Of a stretch of 64,000 nt of DNA, positions 1-13,287 are shown piece by piece (the first letter of the stretch is position 1; each line of letters opens with the position of its first letter). Location: assembly GCA_965237855.1 (NCBI GenBank), contig CBDEGK010000004.1:179305-243304 (forward strand), written 5' to 3'. Origin of the DNA: Halieaceae bacterium (GTDB lineage: Bacteria; Pseudomonadota; Gammaproteobacteria; Pseudomonadales; Halieaceae). The position numbers and the translations under genes were made by a program. The notes under the pieces were generated by a model. The model was not told the origin of the DNA, ran no database searches, and was given only the letters and a program-made list of their open reading frames with translations.

Positions 1-244
1 TGACTTGGGCGCCAGGTAATAGCCGCTGGTCCTCCAGCAGGGAACTACCGACACCCTGTTCATAGAGTATTTCTGCGGTTTGAGTGGTGCGCAACTTGGG
101 GCTGTGAATCAACACAGAAATCGACTCGTCCATCAGCGATCGCGCCCTGCGCAGAGCCTGCTGGCGGCCATTATCTGTCAGCGCCTTTTCGGCGCCAGGG
201 CGGGGCGCACTGGCTTCTCCGTGACGGATAACAAACAGCTTCAC
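1..244 (-). CDS. sixA: phosphohistidine phosphatase SixA-like, N-terminal part (gene runs off the window start)
   Basis: The minus-strand frame reads (GTG)[33 protein letters not shown]..., with the RHG histidine-phosphatase motif. The GTG at 244 overlaps the gpsA stop (GTGA). It is absent from the ORF track because it has no stop in the window. Confidence 0.5.
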   Translation of the reverse strand, partial: MKLFVIRHGEASAPRPGAEKALTDNGRQQALRRARSLMDESISVLIHSPKLRTTQTAEILYEQGVGSSLLEDQRLLPGAQV

Positions 245-1296
245 TGGGGCAGCCTGTCTACAACGCTGAATTCCACGTCATCGGCCTGGTCTGACAGCAT
301 CAGGTCGCCGATAACATCCCCCAGGGTTTTGCGCTCATAGAGAATGGCGTAGAGACCGCTGACCAGGGGCATGTAAATGCCGCGGCTATCTGCTTCCGCT
401 TTGAGAATTCGCAGCGTATTAACCCCTTCCGCAACCTGGTCCAGCTCGTCCAGTATATCGTCCAGCGCCTGTCCCTTGCCCAGAGCGAAGCCGACTCGAT
501 AGTTCCGACTTAATGGTGAAGAACAGGTAGCAATGAGATCACCCACGCCTGCCAATCCAAGGAATGTCAGAGGATCCGCACCCATGCTAACAGCGAATCT
601 GGACATCTCTGCCAGGCTCCGGGTTAACAGCATACCGACAGTATTTTCGCCCAGCTCAAGAGCACCACCGATGCCCGCCATAATGGCGTAAACATTTTTC
701 AGAGCACCGCCTAACTCAACCCCGTACATATCGCGGCTGGCGTAGACCCGAAAATTGCCGCTGCGCAGCAATCCCTGAACCGTCTCGATCAGCTCGTTGT
801 TTGCACTGGCGATAACCGAACCGGTAATCTGACCCGAGGCGATTTCCTTGGCAAAATTGGGGCCACTCAACACACCGATCTGGTGACCCGGCAATTCCTC
901 ATCCACCACCTGGCTCATTAACTTAAATCCGCTGGGCTCGATACCCTTGGTGGTACTGATCAGCAGCGCCCGGGGGTTAATCTGGCCCGCCACCTCCCGC
1001 AGCACCTCACGGCAGGACTTACTGGGCACGGCCACGAACACAATATCCGCGCCTGCTACCGCTGCGTTCAGGTCAGTGCTGGCCTGAAGATCCTCGTGCA
1101 GGACGTAGCCAGGCAGGTAAGTCGGGTTTTCCCTCGTTTCATTGACGATGTCGGCACGCTCACCGTTGCGCATCCACAGGGTAACGTCATGGTGGTTAGC
1201 AGCGATGATGTTGGCGATGACAGTACCGAAACTGCCGCCGCCCAGCACCGATACCCGGTGCCGTGCATGCGTTGATGCTGCCGGCTGATCTGTCAC
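241..1296 (-). CDS. gpsA: NAD(P)H-dependent glycerol-3-phosphate dehydrogenase
   Basis: 351-aa ORF with an N-terminal VLGGGSFGT Rossmann motif and a full-length GpsA-like sequence ([12 protein letters not shown]). GTG start. Confidence 0.9.
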   Translation of the reverse strand: MTDQPAASTHARHRVSVLGGGSFGTVIANIIAANHHDVTLWMRNGERADIVNETRENPTYLPGYVLHEDLQASTDLNAAVAGADIVFVAVPSKSCREVLREVAGQINPRALLISTTKGIEPSGFKLMSQVVDEELPGHQIGVLSGPNFAKEIASGQITGSVIASANNELIETVQGLLRSGNFRVYASRDMYGVELGGALKNVYAIMAGIGGALELGENTVGMLLTRSLAEMSRFAVSMGADPLTFLGLAGVGDLIATCSSPLSRNYRVGFALGKGQALDDILDELDQVAEGVNTLRILKAEADSRGIYMPLVSGLYAILYERKTLGDVIGDLMLSDQADDVEFSVVDRLPQ

Positions 1297-1358
1297 TAGT
1301 GGTCGCCCTTCTATTCAGAGCGACCTAGTGTAGCAGTTTCGACCCAGTTGCCCAGTTG

Positions 1359-3299
1359 TCAGCTGCTCAGTTCCAGCAACAACTTGTTCAGGCGCGAGAC
1401 ATAGGCGGCCGGATCATTCAGTTGACCGCCCTCTGCCAACAGGGCCTGGTCGAAAATGACACTGGCCAGATCGGCAAAGCGATCTTCATCACTTTCCCCA
1501 TCCAGCTTTTCCAGCAATGGATGAGCCGGGTTCACTTCGAGAATAGGCTTGGAATCCGGTACGTCCTGACCCGCGGCCTCCATGATACGCCGCATCTGTG
1601 CACCCATGTCGTGATTACCGACCACCAGGCAGGCCGGCGACTCGGTCAATCGGGAGGTCGCACGCACTTCCTGCACCTGTTCAGCCAGCGCCGTTTGCAA
1701 ACGCTCGACCAGCCCTTCACTGGCTTTGGCCAGCTCTTCCTGCGCCTTCTTGTCATCCTCAGACAACTCTCCCAGGTCCAGTTCGCCACGGGCGACATCC
1801 TGGAACTGCTTACCATCAAATTCCTGCAGATGATTCATCAACCAGTCGTCGACCCGGTCTGACAGTAATAGCACCTCGATGCCTTTCTTACGGAATACCT
1901 CCAGGTGGGGGCTGTTGCGCGCGGTATTGAAGTTTTCCGCCACCACGTAGAAGATTTTGTCCTGACCCTCCTGTAAACGAGAGACATAGCCCTCCAGGGA
2001 TTGATCCTGCACCTCCAGATCCGTCCGGGTGGTGGAGAAGCGCAGCAGTTTGGAAATTTTCTCCTTGTTGGAGAAATCCTCGGCGGGGCCCTCTTTTAAC
2101 ACCTGGCCGAATTCCTTCCAGAAGTCGGCGTAGTCGTCACCGTTCTCTGCCTTGGCCATTTTGCCCAGCATGTCCAACACCCGCTTGGTCAGGGCCGAGC
2201 GCATGGATTCAACCGCCGGATCCTGTTGCAGAATTTCCCGCGAAACATTGAGTGACAAGTCATTGGAATCGACTACGCCCTTCACAAAACGCAGGTACGA
2301 GGGCAGGAACTGCTCCGCCTCGTCCATGATGAAGGTACGCTGTACATAGAGCTTGAGGCCCCGGGACATCTCCCGATTCCACATATCGAAGGGCGCGCGT
2401 TTGGGGATATATATCAGGCTGGTGTACTCAAGTTTGCCCTCAACCCGGTTGTGACTCCAGCGCTGGGGTGCCTCGAAATCGTGGGAGATATGCTTGTAGA
2501 ACTCCTGGTACTCCTCGTCGGACACCTCACTGCGACTGCGTGTCCACAGTGCCGTGGCCTCGTTTACCGCCTCAAACTCGGGTGCCACATCCGCCGCCGG
2601 CGCTTCTTCGTCCTCGGCCAGGGGCTCTTCACTTTGTGCTGCTGGCGCCGCGGGCTTCTCCATCATTACGGGTACGGAGATATGATCCGAGTATTTCTTG
2701 ATGACACTGCGTACGCGCCAGTCATCTGCAAATTCACTGCAACCATCTTTCAAGTGCAGCACAATGCGGGTTCCGCGATCGTGTTTTTCGACGCTCTCAA
2801 CGCTGAAATCCGCCTCACCGGCAGACTCCCAGTGCACCGCTTCTTCAGCGCTGTCACCGGCCCGCCGGCTGAACACCTCGACCCGTTCGGCGACGATAAA
2901 TGACGAGTAAAAGCCGACCCCAAACTGACCGATTAATTGCGAGTCTTTTTGCTGGTCACCGGTCAGCGCCTCGAGGAACTGGGCTGTGCCCGATTTGGCG
3001 ATCGTGCCGAGGTTCTCGATAACCTCATCCCGGCTCATGCCGATGCCGTTGTCACTGAGGGTGATGGTGCCGGCCTCTTTATCCACCTCAACCTGAATGG
3101 CGAGGTCGGTGTCCCCTTCCAGCAAGGCGCTGTCTGAGAGGCTTTCAAAGCGCAGTTTGTCGATGGCATCCGAGGCGTTTGAGATCAATTCGCGCAGGAA
3201 AATTTCCCGGTTGCTGTAGAGGGAGTGAATCATCAACTGCAGCAGTTGTTTGGCTTCGGTCTGAAATCCCAGGGTTTCCTTGCTGGCATCAGCGGTCAT
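1359..3299 (-). CDS. htpG: molecular chaperone HtpG (Hsp90)
   Basis: 646 aa. The N-terminus [38 protein letters not shown] is the Hsp90 ATPase signature. A sigma-32 promoter lies upstream. Confidence 0.95.
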   Translation of the reverse strand: MTADASKETLGFQTEAKQLLQLMIHSLYSNREIFLRELISNASDAIDKLRFESLSDSALLEGDTDLAIQVEVDKEAGTITLSDNGIGMSRDEVIENLGTIAKSGTAQFLEALTGDQQKDSQLIGQFGVGFYSSFIVAERVEVFSRRAGDSAEEAVHWESAGEADFSVESVEKHDRGTRIVLHLKDGCSEFADDWRVRSVIKKYSDHISVPVMMEKPAAPAAQSEEPLAEDEEAPAADVAPEFEAVNEATALWTRSRSEVSDEEYQEFYKHISHDFEAPQRWSHNRVEGKLEYTSLIYIPKRAPFDMWNREMSRGLKLYVQRTFIMDEAEQFLPSYLRFVKGVVDSNDLSLNVSREILQQDPAVESMRSALTKRVLDMLGKMAKAENGDDYADFWKEFGQVLKEGPAEDFSNKEKISKLLRFSTTRTDLEVQDQSLEGYVSRLQEGQDKIFYVVAENFNTARNSPHLEVFRKKGIEVLLLSDRVDDWLMNHLQEFDGKQFQDVARGELDLGELSEDDKKAQEELAKASEGLVERLQTALAEQVQEVRATSRLTESPACLVVGNHDMGAQMRRIMEAAGQDVPDSKPILEVNPAHPLLEKLDGESDEDRFADLASVIFDQALLAEGGQLNDPAAYVSRLNKLLLELSS

Positions 3300-3333
3300 C
3301 GGGGTATTCTCCTATAATTAACAGATAGCCCGT

Positions 3334-3361
3334 ATATGGGGGCTACTCGACAGGTTTCAAG
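3334..3361 (-). promoter_or_regulatory. sigma-32 (heat-shock) promoter of htpG
   Basis: The minus strand reads CTTGAAA-N13-CCCCATAT, about 35 nt upstream of the htpG ATG. This matches the RpoH consensus CTTGAAA-N13-14-CCCCATnT. Confidence 0.6.
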
Positions 3362-3397
3362 GCCATAAATGCGGCCCCAGCCAGGAGGAATGCCAGT

Positions 3398-4801
3398 ATG
3401 CAACAATTATCCGGTATGGATGCCATGTTCGTGCACCAGGAAACTGCTCGAACGCCCATGCACATCACCGCCGTGATGATCTACGACCCCTCGACGGCGC
3501 CGGACAAGCCGGTTCGATTCAAGCAGATTCTGCAGACTTTCGGCTATAATTTACACAAATCACCGCTTTTTCGTCGCAAGTTGGCAACCGTTCCCTGGAA
3601 CCTGGACAATCCCTATTGGCTCGAAGACGGTAAATTCGACCTCGAATACCACGTCCGCCACGTGTCCCTGCCGAAACCGGGCGATTGGCGCCAGTTCTGT
3701 ATTCTCATGGCACGCCTACATGCCCACGGCCTGGATATGAAGCGACCGCTGTGGGAGGCCTACGTGATAGGGGGGCTGAGTAATGTTAAAGATCTGCCCG
3801 ACGACGCCTTCGCCGTTCTGCTCAAGATACATCACTCCGCCATTGACGGGGTTTCAGCCGCGGAAACCATTAACGCCATCCATACCCTGGAACCGGTGTT
3901 GGCCAGGCCGCCGCGCGCTGATGACTGGGCCGGCGAAGCGGAACCCAATGCCACCAGCCTTGCTGCGCGCGGCTATTTTCGCAATATGACCAAACCGGTG
4001 AAGCTGATAGGACAGGTCAGCAAACTGGTGGGGCAATTGAGCCAACAGGTTGACAAGGACAAAGCCGCGCGCACCGACAGTCGCACGCGAACACGTTTCA
4101 ATGCGCGTATTTCGCCGCATCGGGTCTGTGATGGCGTGCGCCTGGATCTGGCCGAGGTCAAGGCGATCAAGAACGCCGTGCCCAATGTCACCGTCAATGA
4201 CGTGGTTATCGCCATCGTCGGTGGTGCCATGCGCCAATATCTGCAGGCCAAGGATGAACTGCCCTTTGACTCACTGGGCGCAGCGGCGCCGATCAGCGTA
4301 CGCTCGGAAGACGAGATGGGCTCTGGCGGCAACCAGATCAGCGCCATGACCCTGAGCATGCGCACCGATATAGAAAATCCCCTGGAGCGGCTTGAGGCCA
4401 TTCACGAACACGCCATGGAGTCGAAGGCTTACGCCAATGCCATGGGCGCCCACACCCTCAGCAGCATCGCCGACAACATTTCAGCGCGTATGGGCAGTCT
4501 CGGCGTCCGCGCTATCACCGCGGCAACACTATTGCAGGAGATGCCACTACCGGCGCACACCGTGGTATCCAATGTGCCCGGACCGCAACAACCCCTGTAT
4601 ATGAGTGGTGCACGCCTGCACAGCGTCATCGGCCTGGGGCCGCTGCTGGACAATATGGGCCTGTTTCACGGCGTCATGAGCATCGCCGGGCTACTCACCA
4701 TCACTTTCTGTGCCTGTCGCGAGATGATGCCCGATCCCGAATTCTATACCCAGTGCCTGCAGGATTCCTTCGACGAGTTGAAGGTCCTTACCATCCAGTA
4801 A
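3398..4801 (+). CDS. wax ester synthase/diacylglycerol acyltransferase (WS/DGAT) family protein
   Basis: 467 aa with the HHSAIDG (HHxxxDG) catalytic motif. AGGAGG lies about 8 nt upstream of the ATG. Confidence 0.85.
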   Translation: MQQLSGMDAMFVHQETARTPMHITAVMIYDPSTAPDKPVRFKQILQTFGYNLHKSPLFRRKLATVPWNLDNPYWLEDGKFDLEYHVRHVSLPKPGDWRQFCILMARLHAHGLDMKRPLWEAYVIGGLSNVKDLPDDAFAVLLKIHHSAIDGVSAAETINAIHTLEPVLARPPRADDWAGEAEPNATSLAARGYFRNMTKPVKLIGQVSKLVGQLSQQVDKDKAARTDSRTRTRFNARISPHRVCDGVRLDLAEVKAIKNAVPNVTVNDVVIAIVGGAMRQYLQAKDELPFDSLGAAAPISVRSEDEMGSGGNQISAMTLSMRTDIENPLERLEAIHEHAMESKAYANAMGAHTLSSIADNISARMGSLGVRAITAATLLQEMPLPAHTVVSNVPGPQQPLYMSGARLHSVIGLGPLLDNMGLFHGVMSIAGLLTITFCACREMMPDPEFYTQCLQDSFDELKVLTIQ

Positions 4802-5660
4802 TTTCAGCTAAGCCGCTGCCGATATCTGCCAGGGAGCGTACAGTTTTTACACCGGCGTCTTCGAGGGCGGCAAATTTCTCGTCAGCGGTGCCTTTGCCAC
4901 CGGAGATAATCGCACCGGCGTGACCCATGCGCTTACCCTTGGGCGCGGTTACGCCGGCAATATAGGAAACCACTGGCTTGCTGACATTGGCCTTGATGTA
5001 AGCCGCTGCCTCTTCCTCGGCGGTACCACCGATTTCGCCGATCATGACGATGGCCTCGGTGGCGGGATCATTTTCGAACATCTCCAGCACATCGATAAAG
5101 TTGGAACCCGGGATAGGATCTCCGCCAATACCGACACAGGTCGACTGTCCATAGCCGGCATCCGTGGTTTGCTTGACCGCTTCATAGGTCAGGGTGCCGG
5201 AACGCGAGACGATACCGACTTTGCCCGGCAGGTGGATGCTGCCCGGCATAATGCCAATTTTACTCTCCCCTGGGGTGATGACGCCGGGGCAGTTGGGGCC
5301 AATCAGGCGGACATTCAATTCGTCACACTTGACCTTGGCTTCCAGCATATCGAGGGTGGGAATACCCTCGGTGATGCAGACAATCAACTTGATGCCGCCA
5401 TTGGCGGCTTCCAGGATTGAATCTTTGCAAAAGGGAGCCGGTACGTAGATTACAGAAGCATCGGCGCCAGTGGCGGCAACCGCTTCGACAACCGTGTTAA
5501 AAACCGGCAGGCCCAGGTGTTCCTGGCCGCCTTTGCCCGGGGTGACACCGCCAACCATCTGGGTGCCGTACTCGATGGCCTGTTCAGAGTGGAAGGTTCC
5601 CTGGGAACCGGTGAAACCCTGGCAGATTACCTTGGTGTTCTTGTCGATCAGAATACTCAT
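4788..5660 (-). CDS. sucD: succinyl-CoA synthetase subunit alpha
   Basis: 290 aa. The sequence [33 protein letters not shown]... and the phosphohistidine loop [12 protein letters not shown] are present. Confidence 0.95.
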   Translation of the reverse strand: MSILIDKNTKVICQGFTGSQGTFHSEQAIEYGTQMVGGVTPGKGGQEHLGLPVFNTVVEAVAATGADASVIYVPAPFCKDSILEAANGGIKLIVCITEGIPTLDMLEAKVKCDELNVRLIGPNCPGVITPGESKIGIMPGSIHLPGKVGIVSRSGTLTYEAVKQTTDAGYGQSTCVGIGGDPIPGSNFIDVLEMFENDPATEAIVMIGEIGGTAEEEAAAYIKANVSKPVVSYIAGVTAPKGKRMGHAGAIISGGKGTADEKFAALEDAGVKTVRSLADIGSGLAEITGW

Positions 5661-6826
5661 GAGTTGCCCTCCGCAGCTTTAACTGACTGCTGCGCAGCGT
5701 CGGTCAGACTTTCTGCAGCAATGATGTTCAAGCCACTGTCGGCCAGCAGCTTGCGGCCCAGTTCGGCGCTATTGCCTTCCAGGCGCACGACTACCGGCAC
5801 TTCGACGCCAACTTCTTCAACCGCACCGATTATGCCCTCGGCGATCAGGTCGCAGCGAACAATGCCGCCGAAGATGTTGACCAGCACGGCTTTAACATTG
5901 TCGTCGGAGAGAATGATCTTGAATGCCTCTGTGACCCGTTCCTTGGTGGCACCACCGCCGACATCGAGGAAGTTGGCCGGGAAGCCACCGTGCAGGGCGA
6001 CGATATCCATCGTACCCATGGCCAGGCCAGCACCGTTGACCATACAACCAATGCTGCCATCCAGGGCCACGTAGTTCAGCTCCCACTGGGCAGCATGAGC
6101 TTCTCGCTCATCTTCCTGGCTGGGATCGTGCATGGCGCGCACGTCAGCCTGGCGATAAAGCGCATTACCATCAATTCCGAGTTTGGCGTCGAGGCAGTGC
6201 AGATTCCCCTCTTCGGTGATGACCAGTGGGTTGATCTCAATTAACGCCAGGTCTTTGTCCTGGAACATCTGCGCCAGGCCCATGAATATTTTCACGAACT
6301 GCTTGATTTGCTCACCTTCCAGGCCCAGCTGGAAAGCCAGCTCGCGGCCCTGGTAGGGCTGGGGTCCACTGAGGGGATCGATGACAGCCCGCAGTATTTT
6401 TTCAGGGGTTTCTTCGGCCACCTTCTCGATCTCCACACCACCCTCGGTGGAGGCCATGAAAACGATGCGACGGCTGCTGCGATCCACCACGGCGCCAAGA
6501 TAGAGTTCTTCGGCGATGTCGGTGCAGGTCTCAACCAGGATTTTGCTGACTAGCTGGCCACTTGCATCAGTCTGGTAGGTGACCATGTTCTTGCCCAACC
6601 ATTGCTGAGCGAACTCCCGGATTTCCTCCTTGGTTTTAACCAACTTGACGCCGCCGGCCTTACCGCGACCACCGGCGTACACCTGGGCTTTTACCACCCA
6701 CGTATCTCCGCCGATACGATCCGCCGCTTCCGCGGCCTCTTGCGGTGTGTCCACTGCATACCCCTGTGAAACCGGCAATCCATACTCAGCAAAGAGCTGC
6801 TTGCCCTGATATTCATGAAGATTCAT
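5657..6826 (-). CDS. sucC: succinyl-CoA synthetase subunit beta
   Basis: 389 aa starting [19 protein letters not shown]. There is a 4-nt overlap with sucD. Confidence 0.95.
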   Translation of the reverse strand: MNLHEYQGKQLFAEYGLPVSQGYAVDTPQEAAEAADRIGGDTWVVKAQVYAGGRGKAGGVKLVKTKEEIREFAQQWLGKNMVTYQTDASGQLVSKILVETCTDIAEELYLGAVVDRSSRRIVFMASTEGGVEIEKVAEETPEKILRAVIDPLSGPQPYQGRELAFQLGLEGEQIKQFVKIFMGLAQMFQDKDLALIEINPLVITEEGNLHCLDAKLGIDGNALYRQADVRAMHDPSQEDEREAHAAQWELNYVALDGSIGCMVNGAGLAMGTMDIVALHGGFPANFLDVGGGATKERVTEAFKIILSDDNVKAVLVNIFGGIVRCDLIAEGIIGAVEEVGVEVPVVVRLEGNSAELGRKLLADSGLNIIAAESLTDAAQQSVKAAEGNS

Positions 6827-6960
6827 GCTTCTCTATCCGTCAACTGTGTTTTTGTACTGAACTGGCGTGGGTTGGAACTGATCCCCGCCCCCAATATTAT
6901 TATGCTGGGATGCTGAAAAAGCGGCGCCCATTTTCTATGAAAAGGCACCTTATCGCAACT

Positions 6961-8406
<1,446 letters not shown>

Positions 8407-8410
8407 TCAA

Positions 8411-9664
8411 TTAAAGTTGCAGCAGGATACGGGCGGGATCTTCAATCAGATCCTTGACTGCAACCAGGAATTGCACCGCGTCCTTGCCATCGATCAAGCG
8501 ATGATCATAGGACAGGGCCAGGTACATCATGGGAAGAATAACCACCTCGCCATTTACCGCCATGGGGCGGTCCTGAATTTTGTGCATGCCCAGAATGCCC
8601 GCCTGCGGAGGATTGAGGATGGGGGTCGACATCAGCGAACCAAAGACGCCGCCATTGGTCAGCGTAAAAGTGCCGCCTGTCATTTCCTCGATACTGAGTT
8701 TGCCATCGCGAGCGCGCAGGCCCAGGTCGCGAATTTTCGCCTCCACATCGGCCATACTCATAAAGTCAGCATCGCGCAATATCGGCACTACCAGCCCATT
8801 GGTGGTGGACACCGCCACGCCGATATCCTGGTAACCGTGATAGACGATATCGTCACCATCCACCGAAGCATTCACCGCCGGAAAGCGCTTTAGGGCCTCG
8901 CAACTGGCTTTGACGAAAAAGCCCATAAAACCCAGGCGCGTGCCGTTGTGAGTCTTCTCAAACTGCTCTTTGTACTTGTTGCGGAGGGCCATTACTGGCG
9001 CCATATTGACCTCGTTGAACGTGGTCAGCATGGCCGTGTCCTGGGACACACTGAGTAGTCTCTCGGCAATGCGCTTGCGCATACGGGTCATGGCCACCCG
9101 CTTTTCCACGCGTTCGCTGGAGTGCCCTTCTGGCGACGCTGATGCGGCTGCCGGCGCCGGTGCAGCTGGCGGCTGCTGTTCTGGGGCCGGTTCTGGCGCT
9201 GCCTTCTGTTCCTGCCGCAAATGTTTCAGCAAGTCGTCCTTGGTGATCCTGCCGTCCTTACCCGTGCCGGTCACTTTGGAGATATCAATATTCTCCTCTT
9301 CGGCAAGGCGTCGTGCGGCGGGACCCAGCTGCTGATCGGTCTCAGCTGGCTCTGGTTCTGTTTGTGGCTGAGGCTCCGGCTTCGGGGCACTCGTTGCCGC
9401 CGCAGCAGGGCTCGCAGCAGCGGCCGCTCCCTCCTCAATCGTTGCGATCAACTCTTCGCTGAGAATGGTGTCGCCGACGTTCTTGACGATAGCCGTGAGC
9501 ACACCGTCAACCGGTGAAACCACTTCCATTACCACCTTGTCAGTTTCAATCTCGACCAGTAGCTCGTCCCGGCTCACGGCATCTCCCGCGACCTTGTGCC
9601 ACTCGGCGATTTCTCCATCTGCAATCGACTCCGGAAAAGCCGGCGCCTTAATTTCGATAGCCAT
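8411..9664 (-). CDS. sucB: 2-oxoglutarate dehydrogenase E2, dihydrolipoyllysine succinyltransferase
   Basis: 417 aa with a lipoyl domain ([11 protein letters not shown]), an Ala/Pro linker and the catalytic DHRLIDG motif. Confidence 0.93.
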   Translation of the reverse strand: MAIEIKAPAFPESIADGEIAEWHKVAGDAVSRDELLVEIETDKVVMEVVSPVDGVLTAIVKNVGDTILSEELIATIEEGAAAAASPAAAATSAPKPEPQPQTEPEPAETDQQLGPAARRLAEEENIDISKVTGTGKDGRITKDDLLKHLRQEQKAAPEPAPEQQPPAAPAPAAASASPEGHSSERVEKRVAMTRMRKRIAERLLSVSQDTAMLTTFNEVNMAPVMALRNKYKEQFEKTHNGTRLGFMGFFVKASCEALKRFPAVNASVDGDDIVYHGYQDIGVAVSTTNGLVVPILRDADFMSMADVEAKIRDLGLRARDGKLSIEEMTGGTFTLTNGGVFGSLMSTPILNPPQAGILGMHKIQDRPMAVNGEVVILPMMYLALSYDHRLIDGKDAVQFLVAVKDLIEDPARILLQL

Positions 9665-9671
9665 GATGTTC

Positions 9672-12509
9672 TTACTCCGTCGTCAGGGCCTGGTTGATGA
9701 ATTGCTGTTGTTGTTTCAAGTGCAGGGCCATGTACCCTGCCGCTGGAGCCGCGGAAGCTTCTCTGCCCACGAAACTCAGGTATATATCTTCGCCGTGACG
9801 GTGAATGACCCGACGCATATGGTGCTGGCTTGAATACCAGGCGCCCTGGTTCATGGGTTCTTCCTGACACCAGACTGCATCGGTCACATTTGGATAATTA
9901 TGCAAGATGTTGGACAGCTCCTGCTCCGGAAACGGGTACAGCTGCTCCAGCCGTATGATGGCGATGTGTTCGATTTCTCGCTCTCGCCGGGTGTCCCTCA
10001 GATCGTAGTACACCTTGCCGGAGCAGAGTACGACACGGGTCACCTTGCTCGCGTCCAGATCATCGGTTTCGCCGATCACATTTTGAAAGGCGCCACCGGC
10101 AAGTTCATCCAGGGTCGACACTGCCTGTTTGTGTCTCAGCAGGCTCTTCGGTGACATCACGATCAACGGCCGGCGCAGGGGTCGTATCGCCTGGCGCCGC
10201 AACATGTGATAAACCTGTGCCGGGGTGGTAGGCATGCAGACCTGTACATTGTGCTCTGCACACAGTTGCAGATAGCGTTCGAGGCGCGCCGAGGAATGCT
10301 CGGGCCCTTGGCCTTCGTAACCATGGGGCAACAACAGCGTCAAGCCGCAGACCCGACTCCACTTGTGTTCGCCGCTGGTAATAAACTGGTCGATAACCAC
10401 CTGGGCACCATTGGCGAAATCGCCGAACTGGGCCTCCCAGATTACCAGGCCAGCGGGCGCAGTGGTGGCATATCCATACTCGAAAGCCAGTACCGCCTCT
10501 TCTGATAACAGGGAATCAAAGAGCTCAAAATCTGGCTGCTCCGGGTGAATCTTCTGCAGCGGGATATAGATGCTGCCGTCTTTCTGATTGTGTAAAACCG
10601 CGTGTCGATGCGAAAAGGTACCGCGTCCCACATCCTGCCCCGTCAGGCGAATTGGATAGCCCTCGTGCAACAGGGTGGCGTAGGCCATGGTCTCGGCAAA
10701 GCCCCAGTTAATCTCAAGAGCGCCGGCGGCCATACTGCGCCGGTCTTCCAGGATGCGGTTCACCTGGCGCTGCAGGGGTACGCTCTCGGGTGCCTCGTTG
10801 ACATGGCGGCCCAGGCGTTGCAATTCCGCCAACTGAATTGTGGTGTCGCAGGCCAGGTCCCAGTCGTGGCCCAGGTAGGGTGACCAGTCGACAAACATTT
10901 CTTTATTCGGCTCTGAGACCAGGCTGCTGACCAGGGGCTCATCCCGATCCATGGAATCCCTGAAGCCCGCAACCAGGAAGGCGTCTTCTTCCCTGGATAC
11001 CAGCCCTTCCGCGATCAGCTTCTGTGCATACAGATCGCGTGTGGTGGGATGGTTCTTGATCTTCTGGTACATCAGCGGTTGGGTCACCGAGGGCTCATCC
11101 GCCTCGTTGTGTCCGCGACGGCGATAACACACCAGGTCAATGACCACATCCTTGGCGAACTCATTGCGGTAGTCCACCGTCAACTGCGCGACAAACAACA
11201 CCGCCTCGGGATCGTCGGCATTGACATGAAAGATGGGCGCCTGCACCATTTTCGCGATATCCGTGCAGTATTCGGTGGAGCGGGCATCAGCGCGCCGGCT
11301 GGTAGTAAAGCCGACCTGGTTGTTGAGCACGATATGTACGGTGCCACCGGTGCGGTAACCCCGGGTCTGGGACATCTGGAAGGTTTCCATGACAACGCCC
11401 TGGCCGGCAAAGGCGGCATCACCGTGTACCACAATGGGAACCACCGTGTTCCCCTGGGTGTCCAGGCGTCGGTCTTGCCGGGCACGTACTGAACCCTCCA
11501 CCACGGGTGACACAATCTCCAGGTGAGAGGGGTTGAAGGCCAGGGCCAGGTGACACTCACCGCCAGGGGTCATCACATTCGATGAAAAACCCTGGTGGTA
11601 CTTCACATCACCAGAACTTTCATGGGTGACCTTGCCCTCGAACTCGTCAAACAGTTCGGAAGGTCTTTTGCCAAATACGTTGACCAGTACGTTGAGTCGG
11701 CCGCGGTGGGCCATACCAATCACAATTTCCTTGGCACCGTAACCACCGAAACGTTGCACCATTTCATAGAGCATGGGAATCATGGACTCACCACCCTCCA
11801 GACCGAAACGCTTGGTGCCGGGATACTTGGAGCCGAGGGATTTCTCCAGTCCCTCTGCCTTGATCGTTCGTCGCAAGAGTGTTTTACGAATATCATCGCC
11901 AAACTCAGGAGCCGAACGCACACTCTCCAGGCGCTGCATAATCCAGTGCCGTTCTTCAGTGTCGGTAATATGCATAAATTCCGAACCGACGGTGTTGCAA
12001 TAAGTACGCTCGAGGGCATCGAATATTTCACCGAGACTGGCATCGGCCTTGCCGATATGCAGACTGCCGGTCTGGAACACGGTTTCAAAATCTGCGGTGG
12101 AAAGCTCGTGGAAGTTAAGTTCCAGGTCAGGGACGAACTGGCGCTCGGCCAAGCCAAGAGGGTCAAGCTTGGCTTTCTGATGTCCGCGTTGGCGATAGGC
12201 TGAAATAAGTTGTAGCACGCGCACCTGTTTGCGTTCGTACTCAGTGGCATGCGAATCCGCCTGCACCGTGGCTTCGGTGCGCACACGCATTTTGCTAATT
12301 TGGGCAAAGCGCTCCCGCACCGTGGAATGAGGGACATCCTGCAGTGTGCTACCACCGACTCGCGGCAAGGTGTCGAAGTAACCGCGCCACTCTTCCAGCA
12401 CGGCATTCGGGTCCATCAGGTAAGCCTCGTAGAGGTCTTCGACATAAGTGGCATTGCCGCCCGAAATATGGGAGCTCCGCCACAGGAGCTCCATGCTACT
12501 CTCTTGCAT
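9672..12509 (-). CDS. sucA: 2-oxoglutarate dehydrogenase E1 component
   Basis: 945 aa with full-length SucA-like sequence, positioned upstream of sucB. Confidence 0.95.
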   Translation of the reverse strand: MQESSMELLWRSSHISGGNATYVEDLYEAYLMDPNAVLEEWRGYFDTLPRVGGSTLQDVPHSTVRERFAQISKMRVRTEATVQADSHATEYERKQVRVLQLISAYRQRGHQKAKLDPLGLAERQFVPDLELNFHELSTADFETVFQTGSLHIGKADASLGEIFDALERTYCNTVGSEFMHITDTEERHWIMQRLESVRSAPEFGDDIRKTLLRRTIKAEGLEKSLGSKYPGTKRFGLEGGESMIPMLYEMVQRFGGYGAKEIVIGMAHRGRLNVLVNVFGKRPSELFDEFEGKVTHESSGDVKYHQGFSSNVMTPGGECHLALAFNPSHLEIVSPVVEGSVRARQDRRLDTQGNTVVPIVVHGDAAFAGQGVVMETFQMSQTRGYRTGGTVHIVLNNQVGFTTSRRADARSTEYCTDIAKMVQAPIFHVNADDPEAVLFVAQLTVDYRNEFAKDVVIDLVCYRRRGHNEADEPSVTQPLMYQKIKNHPTTRDLYAQKLIAEGLVSREEDAFLVAGFRDSMDRDEPLVSSLVSEPNKEMFVDWSPYLGHDWDLACDTTIQLAELQRLGRHVNEAPESVPLQRQVNRILEDRRSMAAGALEINWGFAETMAYATLLHEGYPIRLTGQDVGRGTFSHRHAVLHNQKDGSIYIPLQKIHPEQPDFELFDSLLSEEAVLAFEYGYATTAPAGLVIWEAQFGDFANGAQVVIDQFITSGEHKWSRVCGLTLLLPHGYEGQGPEHSSARLERYLQLCAEHNVQVCMPTTPAQVYHMLRRQAIRPLRRPLIVMSPKSLLRHKQAVSTLDELAGGAFQNVIGETDDLDASKVTRVVLCSGKVYYDLRDTRREREIEHIAIIRLEQLYPFPEQELSNILHNYPNVTDAVWCQEEPMNQGAWYSSQHHMRRVIHRHGEDIYLSFVGREASAAPAAGYMALHLKQQQQFINQALTTE

Positions 12510-12568
12510 TTCCCGCCCGTTTTCGCTTAGCTAAAGATCGTTAGAAGTACCACCAGTGTGGCACAAAA

Positions 12569-13273
12569 TCAGGTAGCCCGCGTTAGCAGCATGTTGCGGA
12601 TATGCCCGATAGCCTTGGTGGGATTGAGGCCCTTGGGGCACACCGACACACAATTCTGGATACCGTGACAGCGAAATACACTGAAAGGGTCATCCAATTT
12701 GGCCAGGCGCGCCTCAGTCGCCGTGTCCCTACTGTCGGCCAGGAAGCGGTAAGACTGTAATAATCCAGCGGGACCAATGAAACGATCGGGGTTCCACCAG
12801 AAGGACGGACAGCTGCTCGAGCAGCAGGCGCATAAGATGCACTCATACAAACCATCCAGCTTGGCACGCTCTTCCGGCGTTTGCAGACGCTCAATGGCGG
12901 GTGCTGGCGTATTGTTCTGCAGGTAGGGTTCGATCTTCTCGTACTGCTCATAGAACAGGGTCATGTCCACGACCAGGTCACGCACTACCGGCAGCCCTGG
13001 CAAAGGGCGCACGATCAGCTTGTTGTTCTTGACCGTCGCCGACAGCGGCGTGACACAGGCCAGGCCATTCTTGCCATTCATGTTGAGGCCATCTGAACCA
13101 CATACGCCCTCGCGACAGGAGCGACGAAAGGTGACCGTAGGATCCTGGGCCTTGATCAGCTCCAGTACATCCAGCACCATCAGGTCCTTGCCGCCGGTAT
13201 CGACTTCCAGGTCCTGCATAAAGGGTTCGCTGTCCGTCTCCGGGTTGTAGCGATAAATACTTACTTGCAACAT
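12569..13273 (-). CDS. sdhB: succinate dehydrogenase iron-sulfur subunit
   Basis: 234 aa with three Cys clusters (CREGVCGSDG, CILCACCSSSCP, CHGIQNCVSVCP). Confidence 0.95.
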   Translation of the reverse strand: MLQVSIYRYNPETDSEPFMQDLEVDTGGKDLMVLDVLELIKAQDPTVTFRRSCREGVCGSDGLNMNGKNGLACVTPLSATVKNNKLIVRPLPGLPVVRDLVVDMTLFYEQYEKIEPYLQNNTPAPAIERLQTPEERAKLDGLYECILCACCSSSCPSFWWNPDRFIGPAGLLQSYRFLADSRDTATEARLAKLDDPFSVFRCHGIQNCVSVCPKGLNPTKAIGHIRNMLLTRAT

Positions 13274-13287
13274 TTCAACAGCTCCCC

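Noticed and set aside
80-340. 86-aa plus-strand ORF
   Set aside because: It is antisense to the sixA/gpsA junction and has no coding features.
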